From positions 1-37,632 of the IMG/VR virus record IMGVR_UViG_3300020043_002248: a stretch of DNA of 37,632 nucleotides. The stretch is one strand, 5' to 3'. The stretch's first letter is position 1, and every line of letters starts with the position of its first letter. The position numbers were made by a program, and so were the translations under genes. The notes beneath the pieces are model-generated. The model was not told the DNA's origin, ran no database searches, and worked only from the letters and a program-made list of their open reading frames with translations. Source of the stretch: a virus (taxonomy: Duplodnaviria; Caudoviricetes). Shown here in pieces: positions 25,179 through 34,538 of this stretch.

Positions 25179-25489
25179 CGCATGGAGATGGCGGTAAAGG
25201 ATCAGGAAGGCGTAAGGAAGACGCAAGTAAGGTCCGAGATAATTGGGATCTAATCTTTAAACCTAAGAAGGAACAACCTATGATGAATGATGATCCGCAG
25301 GACTTGTCCGAGGACTACGAGCGTAGCGAGGATGGCTACGAGATCTGCCATCACTGTAGCGGCTCAGGTGAGGGTATGTACGATGGCTCTCGCTGTGGCT
25401 TCTGTCACGGCACAGGTGAAGCACCAGTAGAGCGTGACTACGATGACTTTGATATTCCTATGGAGGATGACTACAATGACTACAATTAA
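25175..25489 (+). CDS. Protein with GDGGKGS N-terminal module and DnaJ-type zinc finger
   Basis: Two CxxCxGxG repeats (CHHCSGSG, CGFCHGTG); ATGA overlap at 25175. Confidence 0.65.
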   Translation: MTHGDGGKGSGRRKEDASKVRDNWDLIFKPKKEQPMMNDDPQDLSEDYERSEDGYEICHHCSGSGEGMYDGSRCGFCHGTGEAPVERDYDDFDIPMEDDYNDYN

Positions 25490-25688
25490 GTCAGTACACA
25501 TCAAAGAGTGCTGGCCTTATCAGTACGAGCCTATCAATCGTAGAGTCTTCAAACGAGAGACTATGGACAGGGCTAATGCTCGTAAGCGTGAGGTGTACCA
25601 TGCTAAGAAGAAGCTATTGAAGCTACAAGTCTTTGAGATGGACATTGACTTCTGTAAAGGATTGAATGATGCAACTACAACAAGATGA
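25476..25688 (+). CDS. Hypothetical basic protein
   Basis: GGAGG at 25462-25466 supports ATG 25476. Confidence 0.6.
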   Translation: MTTIKSVHIKECWPYQYEPINRRVFKRETMDRANARKREVYHAKKKLLKLQVFEMDIDFCKGLNDATTTR

Positions 25689-25923
25689 AATTATTGACAA
25701 GGACGAAGTCCTGAAGATGGCTAGACAGGCTGGTATTGTTTTTGATAACCAAGCAATGCCATATTACGAACGCTTTGCCAAACTGGTAGCAGACGTTGCC
25801 ACTGCTAAAGAGCGTGAGGCGTGTGCAAAGGTGTGTGACGACATTGATGTTGAATACGAAGGAGAAGATGTACTTGCAACATGGTGCAGTCGAGCAATCC
25901 GAGCAAGAGGTGAAGCAACATGA
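25666..25923 (+). CDS. Hypothetical phage protein
   Basis: ERFAKLV...EREACAKVCD...AIRARG pattern. Confidence 0.65.
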   Translation: MMQLQQDEIIDKDEVLKMARQAGIVFDNQAMPYYERFAKLVADVATAKEREACAKVCDDIDVEYEGEDVLATWCSRAIRARGEAT

Positions 25924-27536
25924 ATCTCAAAGTAGCTTCTAAGTTCATCAAGCACGTAGAGTGTTCTAACCCTCAATGTGGCTCTAGCGATGCTAATAGC
26001 CTCTACGATGATGGACACCAATACTGCTTTGCCTGTAACACCTACGTCAATGGTGGTGACGAAAACGTAGGTAGTTATCAACAAGTACCGACAAAACGAA
26101 CAACGGAATTCAAGATGAAGACACAAGGGGAAGTTAAGGCTATCGTAGATCGAGGTATCTCACGTGATACGTGTGAATACTTTGGTGTTACTCAAGCTGA
26201 TAATAAGCATTACTACCCTTATTTCGATGAAACAGGCGCTAAAGTAGCTGAAAAGATTCGATCTGTAGAGAACAAGACATTCTCAATTGCAGGGAATTTC
26301 AACAAAGCTACGCTCTTCGGACAGAATTTGTTTCAGAAAGAGGGTAAGTACATCACCATCGTTGAAGGTGAGCTAGACGCTTTGGCTAGTTATCAGATGA
26401 CAGGCAGCAAATGGCCTACTGTGAGCATCCGTAATGGGGCTTCAGCGGCTGTTAAAGACTGCAAGGCTCAGTATGAGTACCTAGATAGCTTTGAGACTAT
26501 CGTGATCTGCTTCGATGCTGATGAACCTGGTCAGAAGGCTGCTAAAGAAGTTGCTGAATTGTTCGGTAACAAGGTTAAGATTGTTAAACACTTAAAGGAT
26601 TGTAAAGATGCCTGCGACTATCTCTCTAACGGACGAGGAGCTGAATATGTTAATCAATGGTGGCGCAGTGAATCTTATGTTCCAGATGGAATCATCGCAG
26701 CATCATCCCTCTGGGAGAGTGTTTGTACGCCTGAGCCTGTTGCAGAAGCCTTCTACCCCTTCAAAGGACTCAACGAGCTTCTATATGGCCTCAGATCGGC
26801 TGAACTCATTACAGTTACAGCTGGATCAGGCCTTGGAAAGAGTCAGTTCTTACGAGAAATCTTGTTCCGTATCCTCGAAACTACCAAGTGGAATATCGGA
26901 GGTATGTTCTTGGAAGAGTCAGTGCGGAAAACAGCAAGATCAATCATGTCTCTACACGCTAACAAAAAGCTGCATCTGCCAGATACCCCAGTTACAGAGC
27001 AAGAATTGAAGGAGGCTTTTGATGCTACTCTCGGTACTAATCGTGTGTATCTTTTCGATCACTTTGGTTCTTTGGCTATCGACAATGTACTCAACAGGAT
27101 CAGATATATGGCTAGGGCTTGTGACTGTAGGGTTGTTTTCCTCGATCACATTAGTCTCGTTGTCTCTGGTATGGATGGGAATGATGAGCGCAAGTCTATT
27201 GATGTCTTGATGACTCGTTTGCGTACATTGGTACAGGAGACAGGTATTACCTTGATCTGTGTATCACACTTGAAACGACCTAGCACTGACAAAGGACATG
27301 AAGATGGTTCAGCGGTATCCTTATCTCAGCTACGTGGCTCTGGTGCTATCGCTCAGTTGTCTGACGCTGTTATCACTCTTGAGCGTAACTCCATGAGTCA
27401 AGATCCTACAGTACGTCACACTACCAAGGTTGCAGTGGCTAAGAATCGTTATAACGGACTCACAGGACCAGCTTGCTCCCTGATGTACGATATGAACACA
27501 GGACGTATGGTTGAAGTTACTATGGAGGAACTATGA
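25920..27536 (+). CDS. T7 gp4-like DNA primase-helicase
   Basis: Zn-binding Cys4 N-terminus; TOPRIM EGELDA and FDADEPG; Walker A GSGLGKS; LDH; QLRGSGAIAQLSD. Confidence 0.95.
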   Translation: MNLKVASKFIKHVECSNPQCGSSDANSLYDDGHQYCFACNTYVNGGDENVGSYQQVPTKRTTEFKMKTQGEVKAIVDRGISRDTCEYFGVTQADNKHYYPYFDETGAKVAEKIRSVENKTFSIAGNFNKATLFGQNLFQKEGKYITIVEGELDALASYQMTGSKWPTVSIRNGASAAVKDCKAQYEYLDSFETIVICFDADEPGQKAAKEVAELFGNKVKIVKHLKDCKDACDYLSNGRGAEYVNQWWRSESYVPDGIIAASSLWESVCTPEPVAEAFYPFKGLNELLYGLRSAELITVTAGSGLGKSQFLREILFRILETTKWNIGGMFLEESVRKTARSIMSLHANKKLHLPDTPVTEQELKEAFDATLGTNRVYLFDHFGSLAIDNVLNRIRYMARACDCRVVFLDHISLVVSGMDGNDERKSIDVLMTRLRTLVQETGITLICVSHLKRPSTDKGHEDGSAVSLSQLRGSGAIAQLSDAVITLERNSMSQDPTVRHTTKVAVAKNRYNGLTGPACSLMYDMNTGRMVEVTMEEL

Positions 27537-27537
27537 C

Positions 27538-27828
27538 ATGAAAATGATTCGTGATTTGACACCAATTAAAGAACGCAATCTTCGTTGGCAGATCTGTCGT
27601 TACGGAGTTATCATTGAAGGCAAAGTTCTCATAGCTAAATCTAAGAGCCGTTGGAAAAAGATAGGAGAATATGATTGGCACTCATATTACGGCCTAGGTA
27701 AGTTATGTGATGCTTTGATTGAGAATCGTCTAGATGAATACGCTCTTGAACAAGACTTGAATAACAACAGGAAAGACAGAGCTGTACCAGTAAACAACTC
27801 AATAACACGAGGGGTAATTTATGATTGA
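27538..27828 (+). CDS. Hypothetical protein
   Basis: ATG directly after the helicase stop, GGAGG upstream. Confidence 0.6.
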   Translation: MKMIRDLTPIKERNLRWQICRYGVIIEGKVLIAKSKSRWKKIGEYDWHSYYGLGKLCDALIENRLDEYALEQDLNNNRKDRAVPVNNSITRGVIYD

Positions 27829-27967
27829 AATGATTATCGTAGGTAGCACAGGTATCGGCTATGCTATAGTTGGTACGCTACAGGGACTCAAAGGTGAGTA
27901 CTCAAACATGGCTATCTGGATTGGATACGCTATTGCACAGGTTGGTTTATTCTGGAATCTAAAATAA
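27821..27967 (+). CDS. Small two-TM membrane protein (48 aa, not in the ORF track)
   Basis: GAGGGG RBS; MIEMIIVGSTGIGYAIVGTLQGLKGEYSNMAIWIGYAIAQVGLFWNLK. Confidence 0.65.
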   Translation: MIEMIIVGSTGIGYAIVGTLQGLKGEYSNMAIWIGYAIAQVGLFWNLK

Positions 27968-27980
27968 GGCTCACAAATGC

Positions 27981-28009
27981 TTGACTTATTGTGCTCCGTA
28001 TGATACAGT
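27981..28009 (+). promoter_or_regulatory. Sigma70-type promoter
   Basis: TTGACT-17 nt-TACAGT with an extended TGn. Confidence 0.62.
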
Positions 28010-28028
28010 TAAGCTTTTGGAGAACTGA

Positions 28029-28469
28029 ATGAAAACATGCCAAGTTTGTAATCAAGAGTTATCATTGTTTGAATTTCCTAGAGGGAAGCAACGAAAAGAT
28101 GGCTCTTACAACTATCGACCAGCCTGTAAGGACTGCACTGTTGCACAGAATCTTGACCATTACCACAACAAAGGCGGTAAAGAGAAACAGAAGCAACGAT
28201 CGTTTAAAAACAATCTAAAGAAATATGGCATCACTCCTGAAACTTACAAAGAACTCTTCACAAAACAAGAAGGTAAATGTGCAATCTGCTCGTCAACAGA
28301 GGTATCAGTGGCACGAAGGTCTTACAACCTATTTGTTGACCACGACCACAAAACAGGAAAAGTCAGGGGACTGCTATGTCATCACTGCAACGCTGGCCTT
28401 GGACACTACAGAGACAACACAGAAACCTTACAGAAAGCAATCGAGTATCTAAATGCGAATTGCACTTGA
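28029..28469 (+). CDS. Endonuclease VII-type (HNH) free-standing endonuclease
   Basis: CAIC...VDHDHKTGKVRGLLCHHCNAGLG plus an N-terminal CxxC...CxxC finger. Confidence 0.88.
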   Translation: MKTCQVCNQELSLFEFPRGKQRKDGSYNYRPACKDCTVAQNLDHYHNKGGKEKQKQRSFKNNLKKYGITPETYKELFTKQEGKCAICSSTEVSVARRSYNLFVDHDHKTGKVRGLLCHHCNAGLGHYRDNTETLQKAIEYLNANCT

Positions 28470-30183
28470 TATTGAAACAATGATGGATCACCAAACGATT
28501 CACTTGTGTATTACGCAAGACGTAGACACGAATGAGGTGCGTATCTGGAAGACTCCTGATGGCTTATGGGATTACCTCAAACAGGCTGATCTCATAATTG
28601 CCCATAACGGTATTGGTTTTGACTTTCCGATCTTAAACAAGCTCTGGAAGACCAAGATTGGATTGAAGCAAGCGTACGATACGTTGATAGTGTCAAGACT
28701 GCTAGAGCCAACGAGGGACGGAGGTCACAGCCTAGACGCATGGGGAAAGACTCTAGGCGTAGCGAAGCTGGACTACAAAGCAACGTGGCAGTGGATGATG
28801 AACAGAAGGGAAGAGTATGACGGTGAAGCGTTTGACAAACCTATTGATAATCTTTTGGAATTCTACTGTAGACGTGATGTTTCAGTTCTTCGAGATCTTT
28901 ATTTACACCTTTTCAATATTGTTGTCGATAAAGCTTTCTCTGATGATTCTGTTCTCTTAGAACACCAAGTAGCAGCCATTATAAACAAGCAAGAGAAGAA
29001 TGGATTCAAACTAGACACCATTCACGCTACTTGTTTACTGGCTGAACTCAAGGGGAAGATGAGTGCCATCAATGACAGGATGCAGGAAGAGTATCCTCCA
29101 TACGAGGTTGAACGTATCTCTGAGAAGACAGGGAAGGTACTGAAGCCTGAGCTGGTTGTGTTCAATCCTGCCTCTAGACAACAGATCGCTGAGAAGCTCA
29201 TTGGACTTGGGTGGAAACCTAAGAAGTTCACTGAGCCTACAGCTAACTATCCTCAAGGGCAAGCTATCGTTGATGAGAGTACCTTAATGGGTTTGAAGTA
29301 CCCCATAGCGGGTATGATCGCTGAGTACATGATGCTCGGTAAGCGTATCGCTCAGATTGAGTCATGGCTAGAGGTCGTAGCAGCTGATGGGAGGGTTCAC
29401 GGTAGAGTCATCACTAACGGTGCTGTAACAGGCCGTATGACTCACATGAAGCCTAACATGGCACAGATCCCTAACTCAGGCTCACCGTATGGTCCTGAGT
29501 GTCGTCAGTGTTGGACAGTTGAGGAAGGTAACGTCCTAGTTGGATGTGACGCAAGTGGTTTAGAGCTACGTATGTTGGCTCATTACATGAAGGATGATGA
29601 TTATGTTAAGACAGTCTGTGAGGGATCGTCTAAGGTTGGGACGGATGTCCACACGGTTAATCAAAAAGCAGCCGGACTACAAACACGTGACCAAGCGAAG
29701 ACTTTCATCTATGCGTTCTTGTACGGTGCAGGGCCAGCGAAGATTGGCTCGATTGTCGGTGGTAGTGCTACGGCTGGACAAAAGCTCATCAATGCCTTTC
29801 TTAAAGGGACTCCCGCATTGCAGCGTCTACGTGATAAAGTATCCTTATATGCGTCCAAGGGCTATGTACCGGGGCTTGATGGTCGTAAGATTTGGGTTCG
29901 TAGTGAACATGCGGCACTCAATAGCTTGCTTCAAGGGGCAGGCGCTATTGTCATGAAGAAGGCATTAGTTATCTTCAATGATAAGATCAAAAGCGCATCT
30001 TGGAATGTACAAATGGTTGCAAATGTACACGATGAGATACAGTTTGAGTGTTCACCTAACATTGCTGAGGAAGCAGGTAAAGCTTGTGTACAATCAATCA
30101 GAGAAGCTGGCTTAGCGTATAATCTACGTTGTCCTCTCGATGGCGAATACAAAATTGGTTTAAACTGGCGTATGACGCATTGA
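28453..30183 (+). CDS. Family A DNA polymerase (T7 gp5-like)
   Basis: Exo motifs DIET and HNGIGFD; motif A DASGLELR, motif B RDQAKTFIYAFLYG, motif C VHDE. Confidence 0.96.
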   Translation: MRIALDIETMMDHQTIHLCITQDVDTNEVRIWKTPDGLWDYLKQADLIIAHNGIGFDFPILNKLWKTKIGLKQAYDTLIVSRLLEPTRDGGHSLDAWGKTLGVAKLDYKATWQWMMNRREEYDGEAFDKPIDNLLEFYCRRDVSVLRDLYLHLFNIVVDKAFSDDSVLLEHQVAAIINKQEKNGFKLDTIHATCLLAELKGKMSAINDRMQEEYPPYEVERISEKTGKVLKPELVVFNPASRQQIAEKLIGLGWKPKKFTEPTANYPQGQAIVDESTLMGLKYPIAGMIAEYMMLGKRIAQIESWLEVVAADGRVHGRVITNGAVTGRMTHMKPNMAQIPNSGSPYGPECRQCWTVEEGNVLVGCDASGLELRMLAHYMKDDDYVKTVCEGSSKVGTDVHTVNQKAAGLQTRDQAKTFIYAFLYGAGPAKIGSIVGGSATAGQKLINAFLKGTPALQRLRDKVSLYASKGYVPGLDGRKIWVRSEHAALNSLLQGAGAIVMKKALVIFNDKIKSASWNVQMVANVHDEIQFECSPNIAEEAGKACVQSIREAGLAYNLRCPLDGEYKIGLNWRMTH

Positions 30184-30193
30184 GGAGTAAGAC

Positions 30194-30409
30194 ATGAATG
30201 ACGATGAAGTTGAAAAAATTATCAAACGCAACATGAATCTGCAAATGAATCTTGCCGGTATACGGGCAGACTTTGAAGAAGCGCTACAGCGCACATGGGT
30301 GGGACTTAGTGTGTTTGAGATAGACGAGCTTGTGGAAAACACGGAATTTGACGACTATCACGGGCTTGTGGAAGCTGTGGAAGCCAAACTCAAAGAGAAA
30401 AACACATGA
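30194..30409 (+). CDS. Hypothetical protein
   Basis: GAGGAG RBS; WVGL...EAKLKEKN pattern. Confidence 0.65.
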   Translation: MNDDEVEKIIKRNMNLQMNLAGIRADFEEALQRTWVGLSVFEIDELVENTEFDDYHGLVEAVEAKLKEKNT

Positions 30410-30591
30410 AACCCATTGAACCAAAAGCAACACAACAGATTCTGTTGAACATCAGTGATGAAAGTTTCTTGATTCACCATTCAGCAGATATGGATATTCT
30501 TGATGTATACTTGGTGCTCTCAGCAGCCCTTGATTACATTGAGGATGAAGCAGAGGCTATCTCTCGTAAAGAAGGTAGTTATTTACAGTAA
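30406..30591 (+). CDS. Hypothetical protein
   Basis: ATGA overlap; 61 aa. Confidence 0.65.
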   Translation: MKPIEPKATQQILLNISDESFLIHHSADMDILDVYLVLSAALDYIEDEAEAISRKEGSYLQ

Positions 30592-30664
30592 CGTAAGTTA
30601 CGTCAGTAAAGTGCGATTTTGCACGTAATCGGCGAAAGCCCAATCCTTAAAAGGAAAAGAAACC

Positions 30665-31093
30665 ATGTCAGATTTGAAACCAGTGAAGATTAGCGGTGAG
30701 TTGTTTTGGACTAAGTGGATGGCTGAGTTCAACAAAGCATTCAACACAGACAACGACAAGTACGAATGTACCATCGGTAATATCAGCGATGACGATGCAG
30801 CTAAGCTCACAAGCTTGGGTATCAAAGTGAAGCACAAGGATGCAATGGGTAACTTCATTGTCGCTAAGAGCAAGTACTTGTTCAAACCTACAGACGATAC
30901 ACTCAAGGAAGTGCCTATCGAAGCTCTCGGTAACGGCTCTAAGTGCGTAGCTATCGTTGGCTCATACACACATCGTATGTCAGCTAAGCACGGTAATGCT
31001 CCTTCAATCAAGACTGTCATGGTCACTGAAGTGAAGACTTACGTACCAGCGGATGCGTCTGAAGCAACTACTGCGGATGATGACGCTCTCTAA
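30665..31093 (+). CDS. Putative single-stranded DNA-binding protein
   Basis: Between polymerase and exonuclease; beta-rich body and acidic tail ADDDAL. Confidence 0.68.
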   Translation: MSDLKPVKISGELFWTKWMAEFNKAFNTDNDKYECTIGNISDDDAAKLTSLGIKVKHKDAMGNFIVAKSKYLFKPTDDTLKEVPIEALGNGSKCVAIVGSYTHRMSAKHGNAPSIKTVMVTEVKTYVPADASEATTADDDAL

Positions 31094-31100
31094 ATAAGTG

Positions 31101-31129
31101 TTGACTTTTCCTACTCTATATGCTACAGT
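31101..31129 (+). promoter_or_regulatory. Sigma70-type promoter
   Basis: TTGACT-17 nt-TACAGT with an extended TGn. Confidence 0.62.
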
Positions 31130-31156
31130 GTTGGTGTTATAGTTTAGGAGAAGTTA

Positions 31157-31636
31157 ATGTTTACACGGTTAATTAAAGAACGAGACGAGCAAGGGAAGAT
31201 AAAGAGTTACGAGTTGTTATTTGACGGGAAACCTATACCAGAAGGTAAAAAGTACTGCCCTTCATGTACACAGCTTTTAGATCTATCTTCCTTTTCAGCT
31301 AAAGGTAACGCTTGTAAGACCTGCGCTACGCAAAGAGCTAAGAATTGGAGAGTTGTTAAAGAAAACAATCCAGATTGGCGAAAAGAGCGTAACGCACAGA
31401 TTGTAGAGAATAACCGGAAGTTGAAACGTAAGATGGTTGAATTGAAGGGAGATTGTTGTAGCGCTTGTGGTAACCAATATCCAGACGTTGTATACGATTT
31501 CCATCATCTTGACCCATCAGAAAAAGACTTTAACATTGGTCAGTCTCGTAACTGGCCTAAGATTGAAAAGGAGTTAGCAAAATGTGTAATGTTATGTGCA
31601 AACTGTCACCGTATCGAGCACTTCCATAATGGTTGA
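31157..31636 (+). CDS. HNH endonuclease
   Basis: CSACG...DFHHLDP...LCANCHRIEH plus an N-terminal CxxC...CxxC finger. Confidence 0.88.
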   Translation: MFTRLIKERDEQGKIKSYELLFDGKPIPEGKKYCPSCTQLLDLSSFSAKGNACKTCATQRAKNWRVVKENNPDWRKERNAQIVENNRKLKRKMVELKGDCCSACGNQYPDVVYDFHHLDPSEKDFNIGQSRNWPKIEKELAKCVMLCANCHRIEHFHNG

Positions 31637-32345
31637 AAAACCAAAACTGGCTATAATTGACGCAGATTTGATAACCTACCGAGTAGGTTTCGCTAGTGAT
31701 GACGTTGATGAGGCTATCTGTTTGGCTCGTGTGACTCAGTTAGTCCATGAGATTGTCTTCGATGAACTGAAATGTGACGATTACAAAGCTTACATTACAG
31801 GCAGGACAAACTTTAGGAATGACATAGCAGTCACTGAGCCTTACAAAGGTAACCGCAAGGATGCTAAGAGGCCAGTGCATTATCAAGCTATTCGTACCCA
31901 TCTCCAGCGCCTAGGTGCAGAACTGGTAGAGGGTTCAGAAGCAGACGATGCAGTGGCTACTGAGGCTACTAAGACGGGTGGATGGATTGTCTCCATTGAC
32001 AAAGACCTAGATCAAGTTGCAGGTTGGCATTACAACTTTGTGAAGCGCTTAGAATACTACGTTACTGAGGAAGAAGGTCTTCGTAACTTATTCACACAAG
32101 TGCTCACAGGGGATCGTACTGACAACATCATTGGCTTGAAAGGCATTGGACCTGTGAAGGCTGAAAAGCTTTTAAAGGATTGTAAAACTGAAAGGGAATA
32201 CTATGACGCTTGTCTCAAAGCTTACGACGGTAATCAACTTCGTGTCGATGAAAACTTAAACCTTTTATGGCTACGAAGAGAACCCAACCAAGTTTGCCCA
32301 CATCTTTCTATCTCGTTGGATGTCAGTGGAACGTCAAGTACATAG
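31629..32345 (+). CDS. 5'-3' exonuclease (T7 gp6 / FEN-like)
   Basis: IIDAD, YKGNR, EADD, DKDL, GDRTDNIIGLKGIG. Confidence 0.92.
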   Translation: MVEKPKLAIIDADLITYRVGFASDDVDEAICLARVTQLVHEIVFDELKCDDYKAYITGRTNFRNDIAVTEPYKGNRKDAKRPVHYQAIRTHLQRLGAELVEGSEADDAVATEATKTGGWIVSIDKDLDQVAGWHYNFVKRLEYYVTEEEGLRNLFTQVLTGDRTDNIIGLKGIGPVKAEKLLKDCKTEREYYDACLKAYDGNQLRVDENLNLLWLRREPNQVCPHLSISLDVSGTSST

Positions 32346-32551
32346 AGGATTTGACTGAGTACGGTACTTGTGACTGTACTACTCAAACAATCCGACTACG
32401 TGCAGGAATGCCTAAGGCCTTCACTGAGCAGACATTCTTCCATGAATTAGTTCATGCAGTTATGTTTGCTATGGGGCATACACAGCACGATGAGGTATTC
32501 GTTGATGCCTTTGGTGCTTTGTTACATCAGTATGAAAGGACTAAACTGTGA
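32267..32551 (+). CDS. Small zincin-like metallopeptidase domain protein
   Basis: TFFHELVHA...HDE. Confidence 0.72.
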   Translation: MATKRTQPSLPTSFYLVGCQWNVKYIEDLTEYGTCDCTTQTIRLRAGMPKAFTEQTFFHELVHAVMFAMGHTQHDEVFVDAFGALLHQYERTKL

Positions 32552-32628
32552 GTTATTTAGCTGTTGTGCTAGCTCTTATCTTAGGATTTGTAGTTGGTTT
32601 TTTTGTTTGTTTGGTTTCTTCTTTTTGA
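32548..32628 (+). CDS. Single-TM micropeptide (26 aa)
   Basis: AAGGA RBS and GTGA overlap; MSYLAVVLALILGFVVGFFVCLVSSF. Confidence 0.45.
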   Translation: MSYLAVVLALILGFVVGFFVCLVSSF

Positions 32629-32635
32629 CGCGCTT

Positions 32636-33091
32636 ATGGTAACTCGAAAAACAACATCTAATACAAGGGCTAATGCTCTGAAGCATGGGTGGCGTAGCGG
32701 TCTTGAAGAAGATGTCGCTAAAGCCCTTACTTCAGCGGGTGTTCCTTTCACCTACGAAGAGATGAAGATCAAGTACATCAAGCCAGCGAGTGAACATCAA
32801 TATACTCCTGACTTTGTGCTAGATAACGGAATCATCGTGGAGACTAAGGGACGCTTCCTCATAGCAGACCGTAAGAAACACATTCTCATCAAGAGACAAC
32901 AACCACACTTGGACATTCGTTTTGTCTTCTCTAACAGCTCACAGAAGCTGAACAAGGGATCACGTACAACGTATGCTCAGTGGTGTGTTAAGAACGGCTT
33001 TTTGTATTCAGATAAAACTATTCCCCATGACTGGGTGATTGAACGCAGACGAAAGGTAAGCGATGGAACTCGTATTAGTAAAGGAGAATGA
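32636..33091 (+). CDS. Endonuclease I (T7 gp3-like Holliday junction resolvase)
   Basis: RSGLE, YTPDF, ETKG, LDIRFVF. Confidence 0.93.
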   Translation: MVTRKTTSNTRANALKHGWRSGLEEDVAKALTSAGVPFTYEEMKIKYIKPASEHQYTPDFVLDNGIIVETKGRFLIADRKKHILIKRQQPHLDIRFVFSNSSQKLNKGSRTTYAQWCVKNGFLYSDKTIPHDWVIERRRKVSDGTRISKGE

Positions 33092-33335
33092 GGACGGTAG
33101 CGCAACTTATCAGTTCGACATGACGGATGATGAGAGGTTGCAGTTACTGAACTTAGGTATCATTACAGCATTGAAAATGGGAATAGAAGAAGGAAGGAAA
33201 TTAGATGAGTCAAGTCAAGCTAGTGTGGGTGACACCGGAAGCGGAACAGAAGATTGCGTATATGGCCCGTGTGTCAAATCCGGCAAATCAGGACAACCCT
33301 GCCTCTGCGACCAAGTTACTAAAGTACCTTATTAA
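33063..33335 (+). CDS. Hypothetical protein overlapping the 5' end of thyX
   Basis: AAGGT RBS; KENEDGSA N-terminus; C-terminal part overlaps thyX. Confidence 0.55.
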   Translation: MELVLVKENEDGSATYQFDMTDDERLQLLNLGIITALKMGIEEGRKLDESSQASVGDTGSGTEDCVYGPCVKSGKSGQPCLCDQVTKVPY

Positions 33336-33855
33336 GAACAAGCATTGGTCCCCATTTGAGATGGTAAACGTCTGTATGGAGATTGAAACTACACGTGATA
33401 TAGCTCGTCAGATCTTACGTCACCGTAGCTTCTCCTTCCAAGAGTTCTCACAGCGTTACGCAGTCTCTGAGGGGTTCATTCAGGACTCTCAAGCTCGTTT
33501 GCAAGATGAGAAGAACCGACAGAACAGTCTCTACACTGATGACATCAGCTTACAGAACTGGTTTGAAGGTGCTCAACGTAGGATAGTCACTGAAGCTAAG
33601 TTCCTGTACTCAAGTGCCTTGGAAAAGGGTATCGCTAAAGAGTGTGCTCGTGTGCTGCTGCCTGAAGGCTTAACTGTCTCTCGTATGTACATGAACGGCA
33701 CTCTGCGTAGCTGGTTACACTACATTGACATCCGTTGTGATTCTGCAACACAGAAGGAACATCGTGCAGTAGCTGTTCAATGTCGTGATATTATCTTCGC
33801 TGAGTTCCCATCAATCAAGGAGTTAATGTATGGCCAAAATAGTGGTTCACTATAA
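33205..33855 (+). CDS. thyX: Flavin-dependent thymidylate synthase
   Basis: HWSPFE and the RHRSFSFQEFSQRY signature. Confidence 0.96.
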   Translation: MSQVKLVWVTPEAEQKIAYMARVSNPANQDNPASATKLLKYLIKNKHWSPFEMVNVCMEIETTRDIARQILRHRSFSFQEFSQRYAVSEGFIQDSQARLQDEKNRQNSLYTDDISLQNWFEGAQRRIVTEAKFLYSSALEKGIAKECARVLLPEGLTVSRMYMNGTLRSWLHYIDIRCDSATQKEHRAVAVQCRDIIFAEFPSIKELMYGQNSGSL

Positions 33856-34036
33856 ACCTCCTCCCTTTCACCCTGATTGGACTGATGGGTGTTATAAGGT
33901 CTACGTAACTGACCATCCTAGATTAGGGTGTAGAATGATACAGACATCTAAAGTACTCAAGGACTACGGTAACGGAATCTTTGAGACACAATGGGTGGTG
34001 TATCATCCAGTAGACGGAGACTTCAATGACACTTGA
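33830..34036 (+). CDS. Hypothetical protein
   Basis: AAGGAG RBS; DHPRLG...TSKV...FET pattern. Confidence 0.65.
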   Translation: MAKIVVHYKPPPFHPDWTDGCYKVYVTDHPRLGCRMIQTSKVLKDYGNGIFETQWVVYHPVDGDFNDT

Positions 34037-34538
34037 CCAGTATTTTCATTTAATCATCAACAAACCACGTATTGTTTACGTAGAGGAACCAACAACTATG
34101 TTTGATAATTTAAAAACTTATTTGGCTAACTTCAAAGCAGACTTCATGTCCTTATGGACTAAGCCTGTAGCGTTTGTAGAGGAAGACCCTACGCTGTACG
34201 AAGATGGCTATTGGGCTTTTGAGATGTACACACCTTCTTGGATCAATGAACACGGTGAGAAAGTAGAGCCTGTCCATACAGTGCTTGTTGAGCCTCATGA
34301 GGGTACTTGGATGGAAGTCCTAGATACCGTCTTAGATGCAATGGAGAAGCACTACGGCTACAACATCAAAGAGCAAGTTTACTACTCAGTTAACTTCCCT
34401 TTGAACCAGTCTGATTTGTCCGGCTATGGTCGTTGCTTGAATGATGAACGCTTACAGCAGATCCTCTTAGCCTTCCCTGAGCTTTACTTGTCAGGTGGTT
34501 GGGGTACTGGCTCAGAACGTGAGGCTATGTTCAAATGA
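34026..34538 (+). CDS. Hypothetical protein
   Basis: 170 aa; GGAG RBS; a second possible start with GAGG RBS near 34098. Confidence 0.65.
   Translation: MTLDQYFHLIINKPRIVYVEEPTTMFDNLKTYLANFKADFMSLWTKPVAFVEEDPTLYEDGYWAFEMYTPSWINEHGEKVEPVHTVLVEPHEGTWMEVLDTVLDAMEKHYGYNIKEQVYYSVNFPLNQSDLSGYGRCLNDERLQQILLAFPELYLSGGWGTGSEREAMFK

Noticed and set aside
28029-31636. Group I introns or inteins associated with the endonucleases
   Set aside because: Polymerase, exonuclease, helicase, terminase and RNR frames are continuous and of normal length; the endonucleases are intergenic
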